NCBI GenBank assembly: GCA_023248955.1
Contig: JAHFDP010000011.1
Span: forward strand, 6,056-70,055
Direction: 5' to 3'
Origin: Deltaproteobacteria bacterium
GTDB taxonomy: Bacteria; Myxococcota; Myxococcia; Myxococcales; JAHFDP01
Length of the DNA: 64,000 bases
Shown: positions 38,701 through 50,219 of the stretch, one piece after another
Position numbering within the stretch: position 1 is the stretch's first letter
Layout of the letters: each line of letters opens with the position of its first letter
Notes under the pieces: generated by a model
What the model saw: the letters and a program-made list of their open reading frames with translations, nothing else
What the model was told of the DNA's origin: nothing
Databases searched by the model: none
Translations under genes and position numbers: made by a program

Positions 38701-39098
38701 CTGCGCGGCTGCACGTGTTCGTGAACCCAGCGCACGATCTCCTGCGTGCTCGCGCCGGGCGTAAAAATTTGAGCCACCCCGCGCTTCTTCAGCTCGGTGA
38801 TGTCTTCGTCGGGAATGATGCCGCCTCCGAAAATGGTGACGTTGTCAGCGCCGAGCCGTTTGAGCTCGTTCAGCACATCGGGAAAGAGTGTCATGTGCGC
38901 GCCGCTCATGATGGAGAGGCCCACGCCGTCAACGTCTTCCTGCACGGCGGCGTTGGCGATCATTTCCGGCGTCTGGTGAAGTCCCGTGTAGATGACCTCG
39001 AAGCCGCCGTCGCGCAGTGCGCGCGCAATGATCTTCGCGCCGCGATCGTGCCCATCGAGACCAGGCTTGGCCACGAGAATTCGGATTTTGCGTTCCAT
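38697..39098 (-). CDS. Acyl-CoA mutase small subunit (B12-binding domain)
   Basis: ATG 39098 gives [68 protein letters not shown]. It has the DxHxxG cobalamin motif. Confidence 0.9.
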   Translation of the reverse strand: MERKIRILVAKPGLDGHDRGAKIIARALRDGGFEVIYTGLHQTPEMIANAAVQEDVDGVGLSIMSGAHMTLFPDVLNELKRLGADNVTIFGGGIIPDEDITELKKRGVAQIFTPGASTQEIVRWVHEHVQPRR

Positions 39099-39099
39099 G

Positions 39100-40785
39100 T
39101 TAGTAGGACCCCGCTTCGCGGAACTGCCCCCACACCGCGCGAAACACATCGCAGATTTCGCCGAGCGTGCAGTAGGCTTTCACCGCGTCGATCACGCTCG
39201 GCATCACGTTCTTTCCGTCTCGTGAGGCGCGTTCCACCGCGGCGAGCCGCTCCTTCACCGCGGCGGCGTTGCGCGAACGCTTCACCGAAGCCAACCGCTC
39301 GAGCTGCGCGCGCGTCACCACTTCCTCGATTTTCAGAATTGGGATCGCAGCGCCCTGCGCCGTTTTGAATTTGTTCACGCCGACGATCACGCGCTCGCCA
39401 CTTTCCACTTCGCGCTGATGCCGATACGCCGAGTCGCCAATTTCCCGCTGCGGAAAGCCCTCTTCCACCGCGCGAATGATGCCGCCCATGGCCCGAATCT
39501 TTTCAATATAAGCACGTGCGCGCTTCTCGGTTTCGTCGGTGAGGTACTCGATGAAGTAGCTACCCGCGAGCGGATCGACCACGCGATCGACGCCCGATTC
39601 GTAAGCGATGACTTGTTGCGTACGCAGCGCCAGCGTCACCGACTCTTCCGTCGGCAACGCGTAGGTCTCGTCGAGCGAGTTGGTATGCAGGCTCTGCGTG
39701 CCGCCAAGCACCGCGGCCAGCGCTTGCAATGACGTGCGTATCACATTGTTATACGGCTGCTGCGCGGTCAGACTCACGCCCGCCGTCTGCGCGTGCGTCT
39801 TGAGCATCATCGACCGCGGATCCTTCGCGCCGTAGCGATCCTTCATCTCCCGCGCCCAGATGCGCCGCGCCGCGCGGAACTTGGCGATCTCCTCGAAGAA
39901 GTCGTTGTGCACGTCCCAGAAAAACGAAAGGCCGGGCGCAAAATCATCGACCGCCATTCCACGCGCGATGGACTCTTCCACGTAGCCAAATCCGTCCGCC
40001 AGCGTGAACGCCAGCTCCTGCACCGCCGTCGCTCCCGCTTCACGAATGTGATAGCCGCTGATGGAAACCGGATGCCACTTGGGCATCTCGCGTGTGCAGA
40101 ACTCGATCATGTCGATGACCAGCCGCACCGCGGGCCGCGGCGGAACGATCCACTCCTTCTGCGCGATGTATTCCTTGAGAATGTCCGCCTGAATCGTTCC
40201 ACCGAGCGCCGCGCGCGGCGTGCCGTGCTCCTCGGCCACGGCGATGTACATGGCAAGCGCCACGACCGCGCTGGCGTTGATGGTCATCGACGTGGTGACT
40301 TGGTCGAGCGGAATGCCGTCGAAAAGCACTTCGAAATCGCGCAACGTCGAAACCGCCACGCCCTCTTTTCCTACTTCGCCGCGCGAGAGCGGATGGTCCG
40401 CGTCGTAGCCCATGAGCGCGGGCATATCGAACGCCGTCGAGAGCCCGGTCATGCCGTGCTCGAGCAGATATTTGAAACGCTTGTTGGTGTCCTCGGGCGT
40501 TCCGAATCCGGCAAACTGCCGCATCGTCCAGTGGCGACCGCGGTACATCGTGGCCTGCGGCCCGCGCGTGTAGGGGAACTGTCCCGGAAGCCCAATGTCG
40601 GCGAGATAATTTTCGCCGGCGCGATCGGCGGGCGTCAGCAGATCGGGAATCGGAATTCCAGAATCGGTAGCGAACTGCGCGCGGCGATGCGGAAGTTTTT
40701 TGAGCGAGCCCGCCAAAGCACCCGCGCGCCAGCTCTGTTGCGCTTGGGCGATCGCTTCCAACCCCGACATTTTCGAGTCACTCAT
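39100..40785 (-). CDS. Acyl-CoA mutase large (substrate-binding) subunit, isobutyryl-CoA-mutase-like signature
   Basis: ATG 40785 gives [12 protein letters not shown]...[27 protein letters not shown]...[21 protein letters not shown]... It has Phe in RQFAGF and Gln in IAQKE where methylmalonyl-CoA mutase has RQYAGF and VRNT. Confidence 0.85.
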   Translation of the reverse strand: MSDSKMSGLEAIAQAQQSWRAGALAGSLKKLPHRRAQFATDSGIPIPDLLTPADRAGENYLADIGLPGQFPYTRGPQATMYRGRHWTMRQFAGFGTPEDTNKRFKYLLEHGMTGLSTAFDMPALMGYDADHPLSRGEVGKEGVAVSTLRDFEVLFDGIPLDQVTTSMTINASAVVALAMYIAVAEEHGTPRAALGGTIQADILKEYIAQKEWIVPPRPAVRLVIDMIEFCTREMPKWHPVSISGYHIREAGATAVQELAFTLADGFGYVEESIARGMAVDDFAPGLSFFWDVHNDFFEEIAKFRAARRIWAREMKDRYGAKDPRSMMLKTHAQTAGVSLTAQQPYNNVIRTSLQALAAVLGGTQSLHTNSLDETYALPTEESVTLALRTQQVIAYESGVDRVVDPLAGSYFIEYLTDETEKRARAYIEKIRAMGGIIRAVEEGFPQREIGDSAYRHQREVESGERVIVGVNKFKTAQGAAIPILKIEEVVTRAQLERLASVKRSRNAAAVKERLAAVERASRDGKNVMPSVIDAVKAYCTLGEICDVFRAVWGQFREAGSY

Positions 40786-40916
40786 CGGGACCAAGTTTTG
40801 GACTATCGCTGCTCCAAATGCAACGCGCGGGCATGCTCCAGTCAGAGTGGCCACTGCTAAAAGGCGAACAAATTCGTGCGCGGAGATTTGGCTGCGTTCT
40901 TGCTTTGTTAGCCAGC

Positions 40917-41174
40917 ATGCGAATGCCGCCCGCATCTCTGGCGATTCTCGTGCTTGGCTGCGCGTCGCAACCGGCGCCGAAGTTGAGCACCGCCGTGGCG
41001 CCGGAAACCGCGGCGTGCGCGCCCGAAGTCCAGCGTGCCGTCACCGCGCTTTCGACTTTCATCTCGGTTTCACTCACGCGCGCGCAAGACGACGACATCA
41101 CGCAGACGGCCAAAGAAGCTGGCTGGCATCGACATCGCGCTGCTCGTAAACTTCAACGTCGCCCATCTGCGTGA
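40917..41174 (+). CDS. Possible small lipoprotein
   Basis: [22 protein letters not shown] (lipobox), but the C-terminus is Arg-rich and unconvincing. Confidence 0.3.
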   Translation: MRMPPASLAILVLGCASQPAPKLSTAVAPETAACAPEVQRAVTALSTFISVSLTRAQDDDITQTAKEAGWHRHRAARKLQRRPSA

Positions 41175-41273
41175 CGGAATTCGGAGATTTACGTCCCGCC
41201 CCAAAACACCCGGAACCAATCCAAAACCTCACATCCCTTCCCTCCTTCCATCCTCATTGTGAGCTTTTGCTTT

Positions 41274-42419
41274 TCATCCCGCCAAAATCGAGCGCGCGAT
41301 CACGATCCGCTGAATCTCACTCGTGCCCTCATAAATCGTGGTCACGCGCGCATCGCGGAAATACCGCTCCACCGGAAACTCATCGATGTAGCCGTAACCG
41401 CCGTGAATCTGTGCCGCCTTCGACACCACGCGGTTGACCGCTTCACTGGCGAATACTTTCGCCATCGATCCTTCGCGCGTAAAACGGCGCCCCGCTTCTT
41501 TGAGCGACGCCGCACGCAACGCGAGCAACTCCGCAGCGTCCAACTCGGTAGCCATGTCCGCGATCTGAAATTTGATGGCCTGAAAATCCGCAATAGGATG
41601 GCCGAACGCTTGCCGCTCATTGGCGTAGCGCACGCTCGCGGCCAGCGCGGCGCGGCCGATACCCACGGACTGCGACGCGATTCCGATGCGCCCGCCATCG
41701 AGCGCGGCCATTGCGATGCGAAAACCTTCGCCCTCTTTTCCGAGCAGCGCGCTCGCGGGAATGCGGCAATCGGAAAAGGCGAGGCTTACCGTGGTCGAGG
41801 CGTGCAGGCCCATCTTCTCTTCGTGTTTGCCGATCGAAAGGCCGCGCGTTCCGCCTTCGACCAAAAACGCGCTGATGCCGTCGGCGCCTGCTTTTCCCGA
41901 TCGCGCCCACACCACCATCACACCCGCGTGATCGCCGCTGGTGATCCACTGCTTCTCGCCATTGAGTATCCAATACTTACAATCTCGTCGCGCATTGGTG
42001 CGCATGGCCGCGGGATCCGATCCGCATTGCGGTTCCGAGAGCGCGAACGACGCCGCTTCGAAACGCCCGCTGGTCAGCTCGGGCACGTAACGCTTTTTCT
42101 GTTCGTCGCTGCCAAAGCGGCAGATCGTCTCTGCGACCATGTTGGTCACGCCCATCGCCACCGACGTGGACGCGCAAGCTCCGGAGATTTCCATCATCGC
42201 CAGCGCATACGCCACTGCGCCAGCCTCTGCGCCGCCGAGCGCCTCGGGCACGTTGACGCCCATCAATCCGAGGCCGGCCATCTCTTTCAAAAACACCGCG
42301 GGAAATTTCCCTTCGCGATCCGCCTGCCGCGCCGCAGGCGCCAAGCGACGCTGCGCAAACTGGCGCGCCACCTCGCGCACTGCGATCTGCACGTCCGTCA
42401 ATTCGAAGTCATACATCAC
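41274..42419 (-). CDS. Acyl-CoA dehydrogenase (short/branched-chain type)
   Basis: 381 aa. ...SEPQCGSDPAAMRTNARRD...WITSG...IHGGYGYIDEFPVERYFRDARVTTIYEGTSEIQRIVIAR. Confidence 0.92.
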   Translation of the reverse strand: MMYDFELTDVQIAVREVARQFAQRRLAPAARQADREGKFPAVFLKEMAGLGLMGVNVPEALGGAEAGAVAYALAMMEISGACASTSVAMGVTNMVAETICRFGSDEQKKRYVPELTSGRFEAASFALSEPQCGSDPAAMRTNARRDCKYWILNGEKQWITSGDHAGVMVVWARSGKAGADGISAFLVEGGTRGLSIGKHEEKMGLHASTTVSLAFSDCRIPASALLGKEGEGFRIAMAALDGGRIGIASQSVGIGRAALAASVRYANERQAFGHPIADFQAIKFQIADMATELDAAELLALRAASLKEAGRRFTREGSMAKVFASEAVNRVVSKAAQIHGGYGYIDEFPVERYFRDARVTTIYEGTSEIQRIVIARSILAG

Positions 42420-43561
42420 GAACCTTTGAGCACCGCGCTCGAGATCACCAGCCGTTGAATCTCGCTCGTGCCCTCGTAGATCTCGGTGATTTTGGCATCG
42501 CGATAGTGGCGCTCGGCGTCGAACTCTTTGGTGTAGCCGTACCCGCCGTGAATCTGCAGGCCCTTGTTAGCGCAGCGCGTGCTCATTTCGCTGGCAAACA
42601 ATTTCGCCATCGCCGATTCGCGCGAGTGACGCACGCCACGATCTTTCAAGCTGGCGGCGCGGTGCACGAGCAAACGCGCGGCGTCGATCTCGGTGGCCAT
42701 GTCGGCCAACATGAATTGAATCGCTTGCAGCTGCGCGATCGGTTGTCCGAAGGCCTTGCGCTCTTTCGAGTAGTGCAGCGCCTCTTCGTACGCCGCGCGC
42801 GCGATGCCAAGCGCTTGCGATGCGATGCCGATGCGTCCGCCGTCGAGCGTGGACATGGCGATCTTGAAACCGTCGCCCTCGGCGCCCAGCCGGTTCTTCA
42901 GCGGCACCACGCACTCCTCGAAAAAGAGCGAACAGGATCCGCTGGCGCAAATACCGAGCTTTCGATCTTTGTGACCGCGCACCACGCCCGGCGAATGGAG
43001 ATCGACCACGAACGCACTGATGCCTTTGTTGCCCGCGGCGCGGTTGGTCATGGCGAAGAGCACCACCGCGTCGGCTTGCGGGCCGTTGGTGATGAAATTT
43101 TTCGAGCCGCGAATAACGTACGCGTCGCCCTTTTTTTCCGCGGTGGTTTTTTGCGCGGCGGCGTCGGAACCAGCTTCCGGCTCGGTGAGCGCGAAGCAGC
43201 CGAGCTTTTCGCCGGACGCGAATGGAGCCAACCAGGCGCGCTTCTGCTCGTCGTTGCCGTACTTGAGGAGGGGATCGCAGTAGAGCGAATTGTTGACGGA
43301 CATGATCACGCCCGTCGACGCGCAGCCGCGCGAGATCTCTTCCATGGCCACGGCGTAGCCCACGTTGTCCATGCCCGCGCCGTTCCATTCCATCGGCACG
43401 GCGATGCCGAGGAGGCCAAGCTCGGCGAGCTTTGTCACGGCCTCGGCGGGAAAATGCTTTTCCTCGTCCCATTGGCGCGCGTGCGGCAAAAGTTCCGCGG
43501 CTGCAAAATCGCGACAGGTGGTTTGCAGAAGACGTTGCTCGTCGGTCAAATCGATTCGCAT
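42416..43561 (-). CDS. Acyl-CoA dehydrogenase (short/branched-chain type)
   Basis: 381 aa. ...TEPEAGSDAAAQKTTAEKKGD...FITNG...IHGGYGYTKEFDAERHYRDAKITEIYEGTSEIQRLVIS. ATGA-type overlap with the downstream ACAD. Confidence 0.92.
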   Translation of the reverse strand: MRIDLTDEQRLLQTTCRDFAAAELLPHARQWDEEKHFPAEAVTKLAELGLLGIAVPMEWNGAGMDNVGYAVAMEEISRGCASTGVIMSVNNSLYCDPLLKYGNDEQKRAWLAPFASGEKLGCFALTEPEAGSDAAAQKTTAEKKGDAYVIRGSKNFITNGPQADAVVLFAMTNRAAGNKGISAFVVDLHSPGVVRGHKDRKLGICASGSCSLFFEECVVPLKNRLGAEGDGFKIAMSTLDGGRIGIASQALGIARAAYEEALHYSKERKAFGQPIAQLQAIQFMLADMATEIDAARLLVHRAASLKDRGVRHSRESAMAKLFASEMSTRCANKGLQIHGGYGYTKEFDAERHYRDAKITEIYEGTSEIQRLVISSAVLKGS

Positions 43562-45634
<2,073 letters not shown>

Positions 45635-45746
45635 TGGCGGAAAACTAGGAGACGCCCGCGACGAAGGCAAACGCCCCGTATCAACAGACGTTGACGTGAG
45701 CGTTGACGCGCGGCGACGTTGACGGCGACGTGGCCGAGCAGGGGTT

Positions 45747-45933
45747 CCCTCCCCCCTTGCGGGGGAGGGCTAGGGTGGGGGGGCCGGAAGCCGAACGTGA
45801 CGCCACCCCCACCCTGACCCTCCCCCATCAAAGGGGGAGGGGAAATGCGACGGCAACCCCCGGGGTGCGATCATTCGCACGCGGCAGATCACGTCCATCA
45901 AACGGGGAGGGGAAATGCGGCGGCAACCCCTCC
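45747..45933. repeat. Cluster of REP family 2 hairpins and a 70-nt-period partial duplication
   Basis: The hairpin CCCTCCCCCCTTGCGGGGGAGGG is at 45747-45769. CACCCCCACCCTGACCCTCCCCCATCAAAGGGGGAGGGGAAATGCGACGGCAACCCC is at 45803-45860. CATCAAACGGGGAGGGGAAATGCGGCGGCAACCCC is at 45895-45930. Confidence 0.8.
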
Positions 45934-45955
45934 GTAGGCACTAGGATGCCGTACG

Positions 45956-47278
45956 GTGACCGATACTCCCGCACGTTCCGCAGCCGACTTCGGCGCACCG
46001 CTGCTCATCGCTTGGCTGCTCGGCATCTGCGTCACCTTCAATGGTGGCGCGTACCAAAACGACGCACTCTTCTTTTTGGTCCTGGCGCTCGCCGTCGCGG
46101 CATGGCGCTTTGGCGCGCTGCTCGTCGACGCGCACGCCGAACCAACCTCGCCGCGATCAGTCTTGCCGCTCGTTTGGATCGCTCTCTTCGGCGCTGTCTT
46201 TTTTCAGTTCAACGATCCCGTTCCACTGCAACACGCGCACGGTCCGTGGCGTCTCGGCCCCGTGACACAGGTTGGCGCGCTGCTGCTTCTCCTCTCCTAT
46301 TTGCCGTTTCTCGATGGAAGACGCGCCGACTCGACGGCCATGCGCACGTTCCGCTTCTTCGGATTCGCCGCGCTGCTCGTGATCGGCGGAGTTGACATTA
46401 TTCGAACTTCGCCAAATCCGCTGATCGACGTGTGGACCGTGCAAAACGACGGCGCGCGTGCGCTGCTCCACGGGCAGAATCCCTACGTTGTCGTCTCGTC
46501 TGCATGGACTGGCCCACCTCCTGCGCTGCCCTGCCCCTTCGTCTACACACCGCTGCAGCTTTTCGTCAGCACCGCGAGTTACGCGATTCTTGGCGATGTT
46601 CGCTATGCGCTGCTGGCCGCGGTGTTCGTAGCCGGCGTTGCGTTTCGCTCTCTCGCGAAGCCTTCGAATCGAGGCGCGCTGGAGGTGGACGCGCCCGCGC
46701 TAATGCTCTGGCTCTGGCCGAAGCTGCCGATGATTCTCGAAAAGGCCTGGACCGATCCGGTGCCGCTCGCGCTCGTGGCGCTAGCCGTGGTGGCGCGCGC
46801 GCGAGCGCGTTCGCTGCTCTACGCAACGCTGCTCGGCCTCGCCGTGACCTCGAAGCCGACTACGGTATTTCTCATCCCGCTGGCCGCGTTTCTCTTGCCG
46901 CTGCGTCGCCGCGATTGGATTTTTTTCGGCACCGCCGCTGCGCTCCCTCTTCTTCCTTTTGCACTCTGGAATTTCCCCGCTCTCTTCTACGCAACGATCA
47001 CGTTCCAAACGCAGCTTCCGCCACGCGACGACGGCCTCACGCTCGTCACCTGGATGAACCGCACCTTCGAGGCCGGCTGGACTGGTAACGCCGCGTTCTT
47101 GCTCGTCGCGCTGGTGATTGGGGCCGCGCTCATTCGTCTGCGGCGCACGACTTCGTCCTTCGCTTTCGCGCTGAGTGCCACCGCGGCTTACTTGATCTTT
47201 TTCGCGTTCAACAAATGGGCCTTCGCCAACTACTACTTTTTCGTCGCCGGACTGTCGGCGCTGGCGGCGGCCGTATGA
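45956..47278 (+). CDS. Polytopic membrane protein, GT-C-fold glycosyltransferase-like (GT87/DUF2029 or PIG-M-like), paralog 1
   Basis: GTG start, 440 aa, about 10 or more hydrophobic segments. The loop motif is NPLIDVWTVQNDGARALLHGQNPY...FVYTPLQLF. The C-terminal motif is FFAFNKWAFANYYFFVAGL. Confidence 0.75.
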   Translation: MTDTPARSAADFGAPLLIAWLLGICVTFNGGAYQNDALFFLVLALAVAAWRFGALLVDAHAEPTSPRSVLPLVWIALFGAVFFQFNDPVPLQHAHGPWRLGPVTQVGALLLLLSYLPFLDGRRADSTAMRTFRFFGFAALLVIGGVDIIRTSPNPLIDVWTVQNDGARALLHGQNPYVVVSSAWTGPPPALPCPFVYTPLQLFVSTASYAILGDVRYALLAAVFVAGVAFRSLAKPSNRGALEVDAPALMLWLWPKLPMILEKAWTDPVPLALVALAVVARARARSLLYATLLGLAVTSKPTTVFLIPLAAFLLPLRRRDWIFFGTAAALPLLPFALWNFPALFYATITFQTQLPPRDDGLTLVTWMNRTFEAGWTGNAAFLLVALVIGAALIRLRRTTSSFAFALSATAAYLIFFAFNKWAFANYYFFVAGLSALAAAV

Positions 47279-48633
47279 TCGGACCGATCACGATTGTATT
47301 GCGCGCGTTTTCCGTCGCCTGCTTGGCCACGGCGTGCCTCTCCAACTACGGCATGTGGAGCGCAAATGCAGTACCCGCCTACGTTGCCGCGATCGTCGCT
47401 TGGTTCGCCGGCGAGTTCGCGCTGCACAAAAGAATCGCCTTCAGCCCACGGGCGGCCGCCATCTCCTGCGCGGTAATCTTCGCGCTCTTGCAGCTCATCG
47501 CCCTTTTCTCCTCGAAGAATCCCATCGTCTATCCGGTCACTTCGAGCATCAGTCCTTGGTGGTTCCTCGAAGGCGTGGCGTTCGTCGGCGGCGTCCTCCT
47601 CGCCCTTCTGGCCGCGCGATCATCGACGGACAACGCCGGGCGCGACGCATTGGTACCCGCCCTTCTCGCGCTTGGCGTCGCCGTGCGCGTACTCGCGGTC
47701 GCCGCATCGCCGCATCCCACCATCGACGTCTGGAGCGCGCATCAGACCGCCACGCAAATGCTGCTCTCCGGCATCAACCCGTTCACGCACGACATGCCCG
47801 ACATCTACGAGGGCAAAGCACCCGCCGCGCTCGGCTACGCGCTCAAGGCCTACGACTATCCGCCGAGCAATCTCTTTCTCTTCGCACCGTTTGTCGCCGG
47901 GCTCGGCGATTCGCGTTACGCGCTGATCGTCGTCGAGATCGCCGGCCTCGCCATTTTGTGGTGGCGCGTGATTCGCCGCCATCCCGCGCGGGGCGCGCTC
48001 GAGCCGCTGCTCCTCATTTTCTATTTGCAGCCGCTGGCCAGCTTCGCCATCGAACAGGCGTGGACCGAACCGCTCGGTGTCGGATGTGCCGCGCTGCTTC
48101 TCGCGTTCGGCTCCTCGGGCGCCTCCAATGCAGTGCTGGCACCGCTGCTCGGTGCACTGCTTTCGCTCAAACAGTACTTCATCCTCCTCGGAAACCTTGC
48201 GCTCCTCGCGCCGCGCAAATTGGCCGCGCTTGCCGTTGCGGTGGCACTCGCCGCGCTGACGCTCTTGCCATTTCTCGCCAGCGATCCGCGCGCCCTTCTC
48301 GAAGCGCTGTCGCAACCGTCGCGCATTCCCTACCGCGCGTTCAACTTGAGTCTCAACAGCCTGCTCGATCACACCTTCAAGGTCCATCTGCCGATCACAC
48401 CGATCGTCATCGCCGCAACGGCGATCGGCCTTCTCTTTCCGCTTTGGCGATCACGCGTGGGCCGCCCGCTGGGTGAGCGAATCTGGGCCTGGAACACGTC
48501 GGTCTACTTGACGCTCTTCGCGCTGACCTTCGGCTTTTTCAACTACCACTATCTGGTCGGCGCGATGATGGTGCTGGCCTCAGTTTCCGAGGGCGCGAGC
48601 ACGATTTCCAGAGCAGGAACAGCGCGTGCGTAA
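47275..48633 (+). CDS. GT-C-like polytopic membrane protein, paralog 2 (most divergent)
   Basis: ATG 47275 (ATGA overlap with paralog 1). HPTIDVWSAHQTATQMLLSGINPF...YDYPPSNLFLFAPF. The C-terminal motif is degenerate (FGFFNYHYLVGAM). Confidence 0.72.
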   Translation: MIGPITIVLRAFSVACLATACLSNYGMWSANAVPAYVAAIVAWFAGEFALHKRIAFSPRAAAISCAVIFALLQLIALFSSKNPIVYPVTSSISPWWFLEGVAFVGGVLLALLAARSSTDNAGRDALVPALLALGVAVRVLAVAASPHPTIDVWSAHQTATQMLLSGINPFTHDMPDIYEGKAPAALGYALKAYDYPPSNLFLFAPFVAGLGDSRYALIVVEIAGLAILWWRVIRRHPARGALEPLLLIFYLQPLASFAIEQAWTEPLGVGCAALLLAFGSSGASNAVLAPLLGALLSLKQYFILLGNLALLAPRKLAALAVAVALAALTLLPFLASDPRALLEALSQPSRIPYRAFNLSLNSLLDHTFKVHLPITPIVIAATAIGLLFPLWRSRVGRPLGERIWAWNTSVYLTLFALTFGFFNYHYLVGAMMVLASVSEGASTISRAGTARA

Positions 48634-49976
48634 AAGCTCGTCGACGCCGCCAACGCGGCAAGACCGAGCACGAAAAAGTAGTAGTTGGCGAATGCCCATT
48701 TATTGAAAGCGAAGAAAAAAAGATAAATCGTCGCGGACGCGATCCCGAGGCCGAACACACCACGCCGTCGGAGCGCCCAAGTTCCCACACCCGTCAAGAC
48801 CGCCGCCAGCACGGTCCCCACGGCTCCCGGTATCGCAATGTGAGCCACGTTAGCCGCCCAGGCATTAATGGTTAGCGCGTCTGCGCGCGGCGGCAGCGAA
48901 AGTTCGAAATCGATCACCGCATGACGAAGTGCGGCGAAATCCCATAGCGCAAATGGAATGGCCGCAGCAGCGCCGGCCACGACTGCGCCGATCCATTGCC
49001 GCGCGCGAAATTCGAGCAGCACCGCCCCAAGCGGAATGAGCCAAAGCATGCTCTGCTTGGAGGAGACGGTCAGCCCCAACAGCGCCGCCGTGAGCAGTGG
49101 CCGTCGCGCAAGATGCGCGCGAATCGTCATTGCGAAAAGCGCAAGTTGAATCGGATCGACCCAGGCCTGCTCGAGGATGAAAAAGAGCTTCGGCGAAAGC
49201 CAGAGGTAGAGGGTGGGTGCGTCCTCGACGAACGAAAGCAGCGGCCAACCGGCGCGCCGCGCGATGCTGCGAAGACAAAAGCCCGCGATGAGCATCGCGA
49301 TCAACAGGGTGAAGCGCACGTCGCCACCAAGAAGATGGCCCGCCAACGACAAGAGCGCTTGCGTGGGCGGATAGACGAAAGGAACGAGAAACGTGCCGCG
49401 ATCGGTGTCGTGCGTGGCAACGTGCGTGTAGGGATTCTGGCCGTGCTCGAGTGCGATTGCGCTCTGCGTCTGAAGCGTCCATACGTCGATGCGCGGCGCG
49501 GGCGAAGCGTAGATCGCATCGACGCCCGCGAGGAGCGTGGCCACGGCGAACGCTGCAAATCGCGCGGTCCGCAGCCGCGAAGACACCGTTCGCCAACCCG
49601 TAATCTCGGGGATGTAGCTCGCAAGAAGCAGGAGCGAAGCAACTTGCGCGGTCCGTCCCAACCGCCACGGACGAATCGCGTACATGAGGACATCATCGTG
49701 AAGCGCGATCCCCGCGAACACCAGCAACCCTAGAAAAGCCGCGATGAGCATCGCGCGTGGCCACGGTGCAGTTTGCCGACGCGGCCAGAGCGCAGCGGAA
49801 AATTGCCAACCCAAAATGGCGAGCGTGGCGGCCACGAAAAAAACAGCGAGCGGATGATACGAGCCGGACGCGACGCTTATCGAAACGCTTGCGCACAGGC
49901 TGGCCATGAGCGCGGGAACAAAGCCTTGCGGCAGTTCCAGCGGCCGAGCGCTCGACGCGGCGGGCGTGGCGTTCAT
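48549..49976 (-). CDS. GT-C-like polytopic membrane protein, paralog 3 (inverted orientation)
   Basis: ATG 49976 gives MNATPAASSARPLELPQGF... APRIDVWTLQTQSAIALEHGQNPY...FVYPPTQALLSLAG...FFAFNKWAFANYYFFVLGL. By eye it is about two-thirds identical to paralog 4. Confidence 0.75.
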   Translation of the reverse strand: MNATPAASSARPLELPQGFVPALMASLCASVSISVASGSYHPLAVFFVAATLAILGWQFSAALWPRRQTAPWPRAMLIAAFLGLLVFAGIALHDDVLMYAIRPWRLGRTAQVASLLLLASYIPEITGWRTVSSRLRTARFAAFAVATLLAGVDAIYASPAPRIDVWTLQTQSAIALEHGQNPYTHVATHDTDRGTFLVPFVYPPTQALLSLAGHLLGGDVRFTLLIAMLIAGFCLRSIARRAGWPLLSFVEDAPTLYLWLSPKLFFILEQAWVDPIQLALFAMTIRAHLARRPLLTAALLGLTVSSKQSMLWLIPLGAVLLEFRARQWIGAVVAGAAAAIPFALWDFAALRHAVIDFELSLPPRADALTINAWAANVAHIAIPGAVGTVLAAVLTGVGTWALRRRGVFGLGIASATIYLFFFAFNKWAFANYYFFVLGLAALAASTSFYARAVPALEIVLAPSETEASTIIAPTR

Positions 49977-50061
49977 GTCGGCGTTGTGGCACGGGGTGCG
50001 GAGGCTGTGCAACAACAGCCAAGCGCCTCCCTGTCAAGTGTTCGGGGAAATAGGGTAGTAA

Positions 50062-50187
50062 CCGTTCAGTTCGTCATGGCCGGGCTTGACCCGGCCATCC
50101 ACGGGGATTCCGATGCACGCGGATGGCCTCCCCGGGCTTGACCCGGGGATCGGCGGCCGGCCATGACGGGTGTGCCAGACTGAACGG
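50062..50187. repeat. Complete REP/MITE-like element, family 1, with 9-nt terminal inverted repeats
   Basis: CCGTTCAGT TCGTCATGGCCGGGCTTGACCCGGCCATCCACG ... CCCCGGGCTTGACCCGGGG ... CCGGCCATGACG GGTGTGCCAG ACTGAACGG. It lies in the spacer between divergent paralogs 3 and 4. Confidence 0.85.
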
Positions 50188-50219
50188 ATACATAGCGTAT
50201 TCTTCCCCCGAGCCCACTC

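Noticed and set aside
45747-45933. CRISPR array
   Set aside because: The repeats are hairpins of variable length and spacing, with no regular repeat-spacer periodicity. No cas genes are present in the window.
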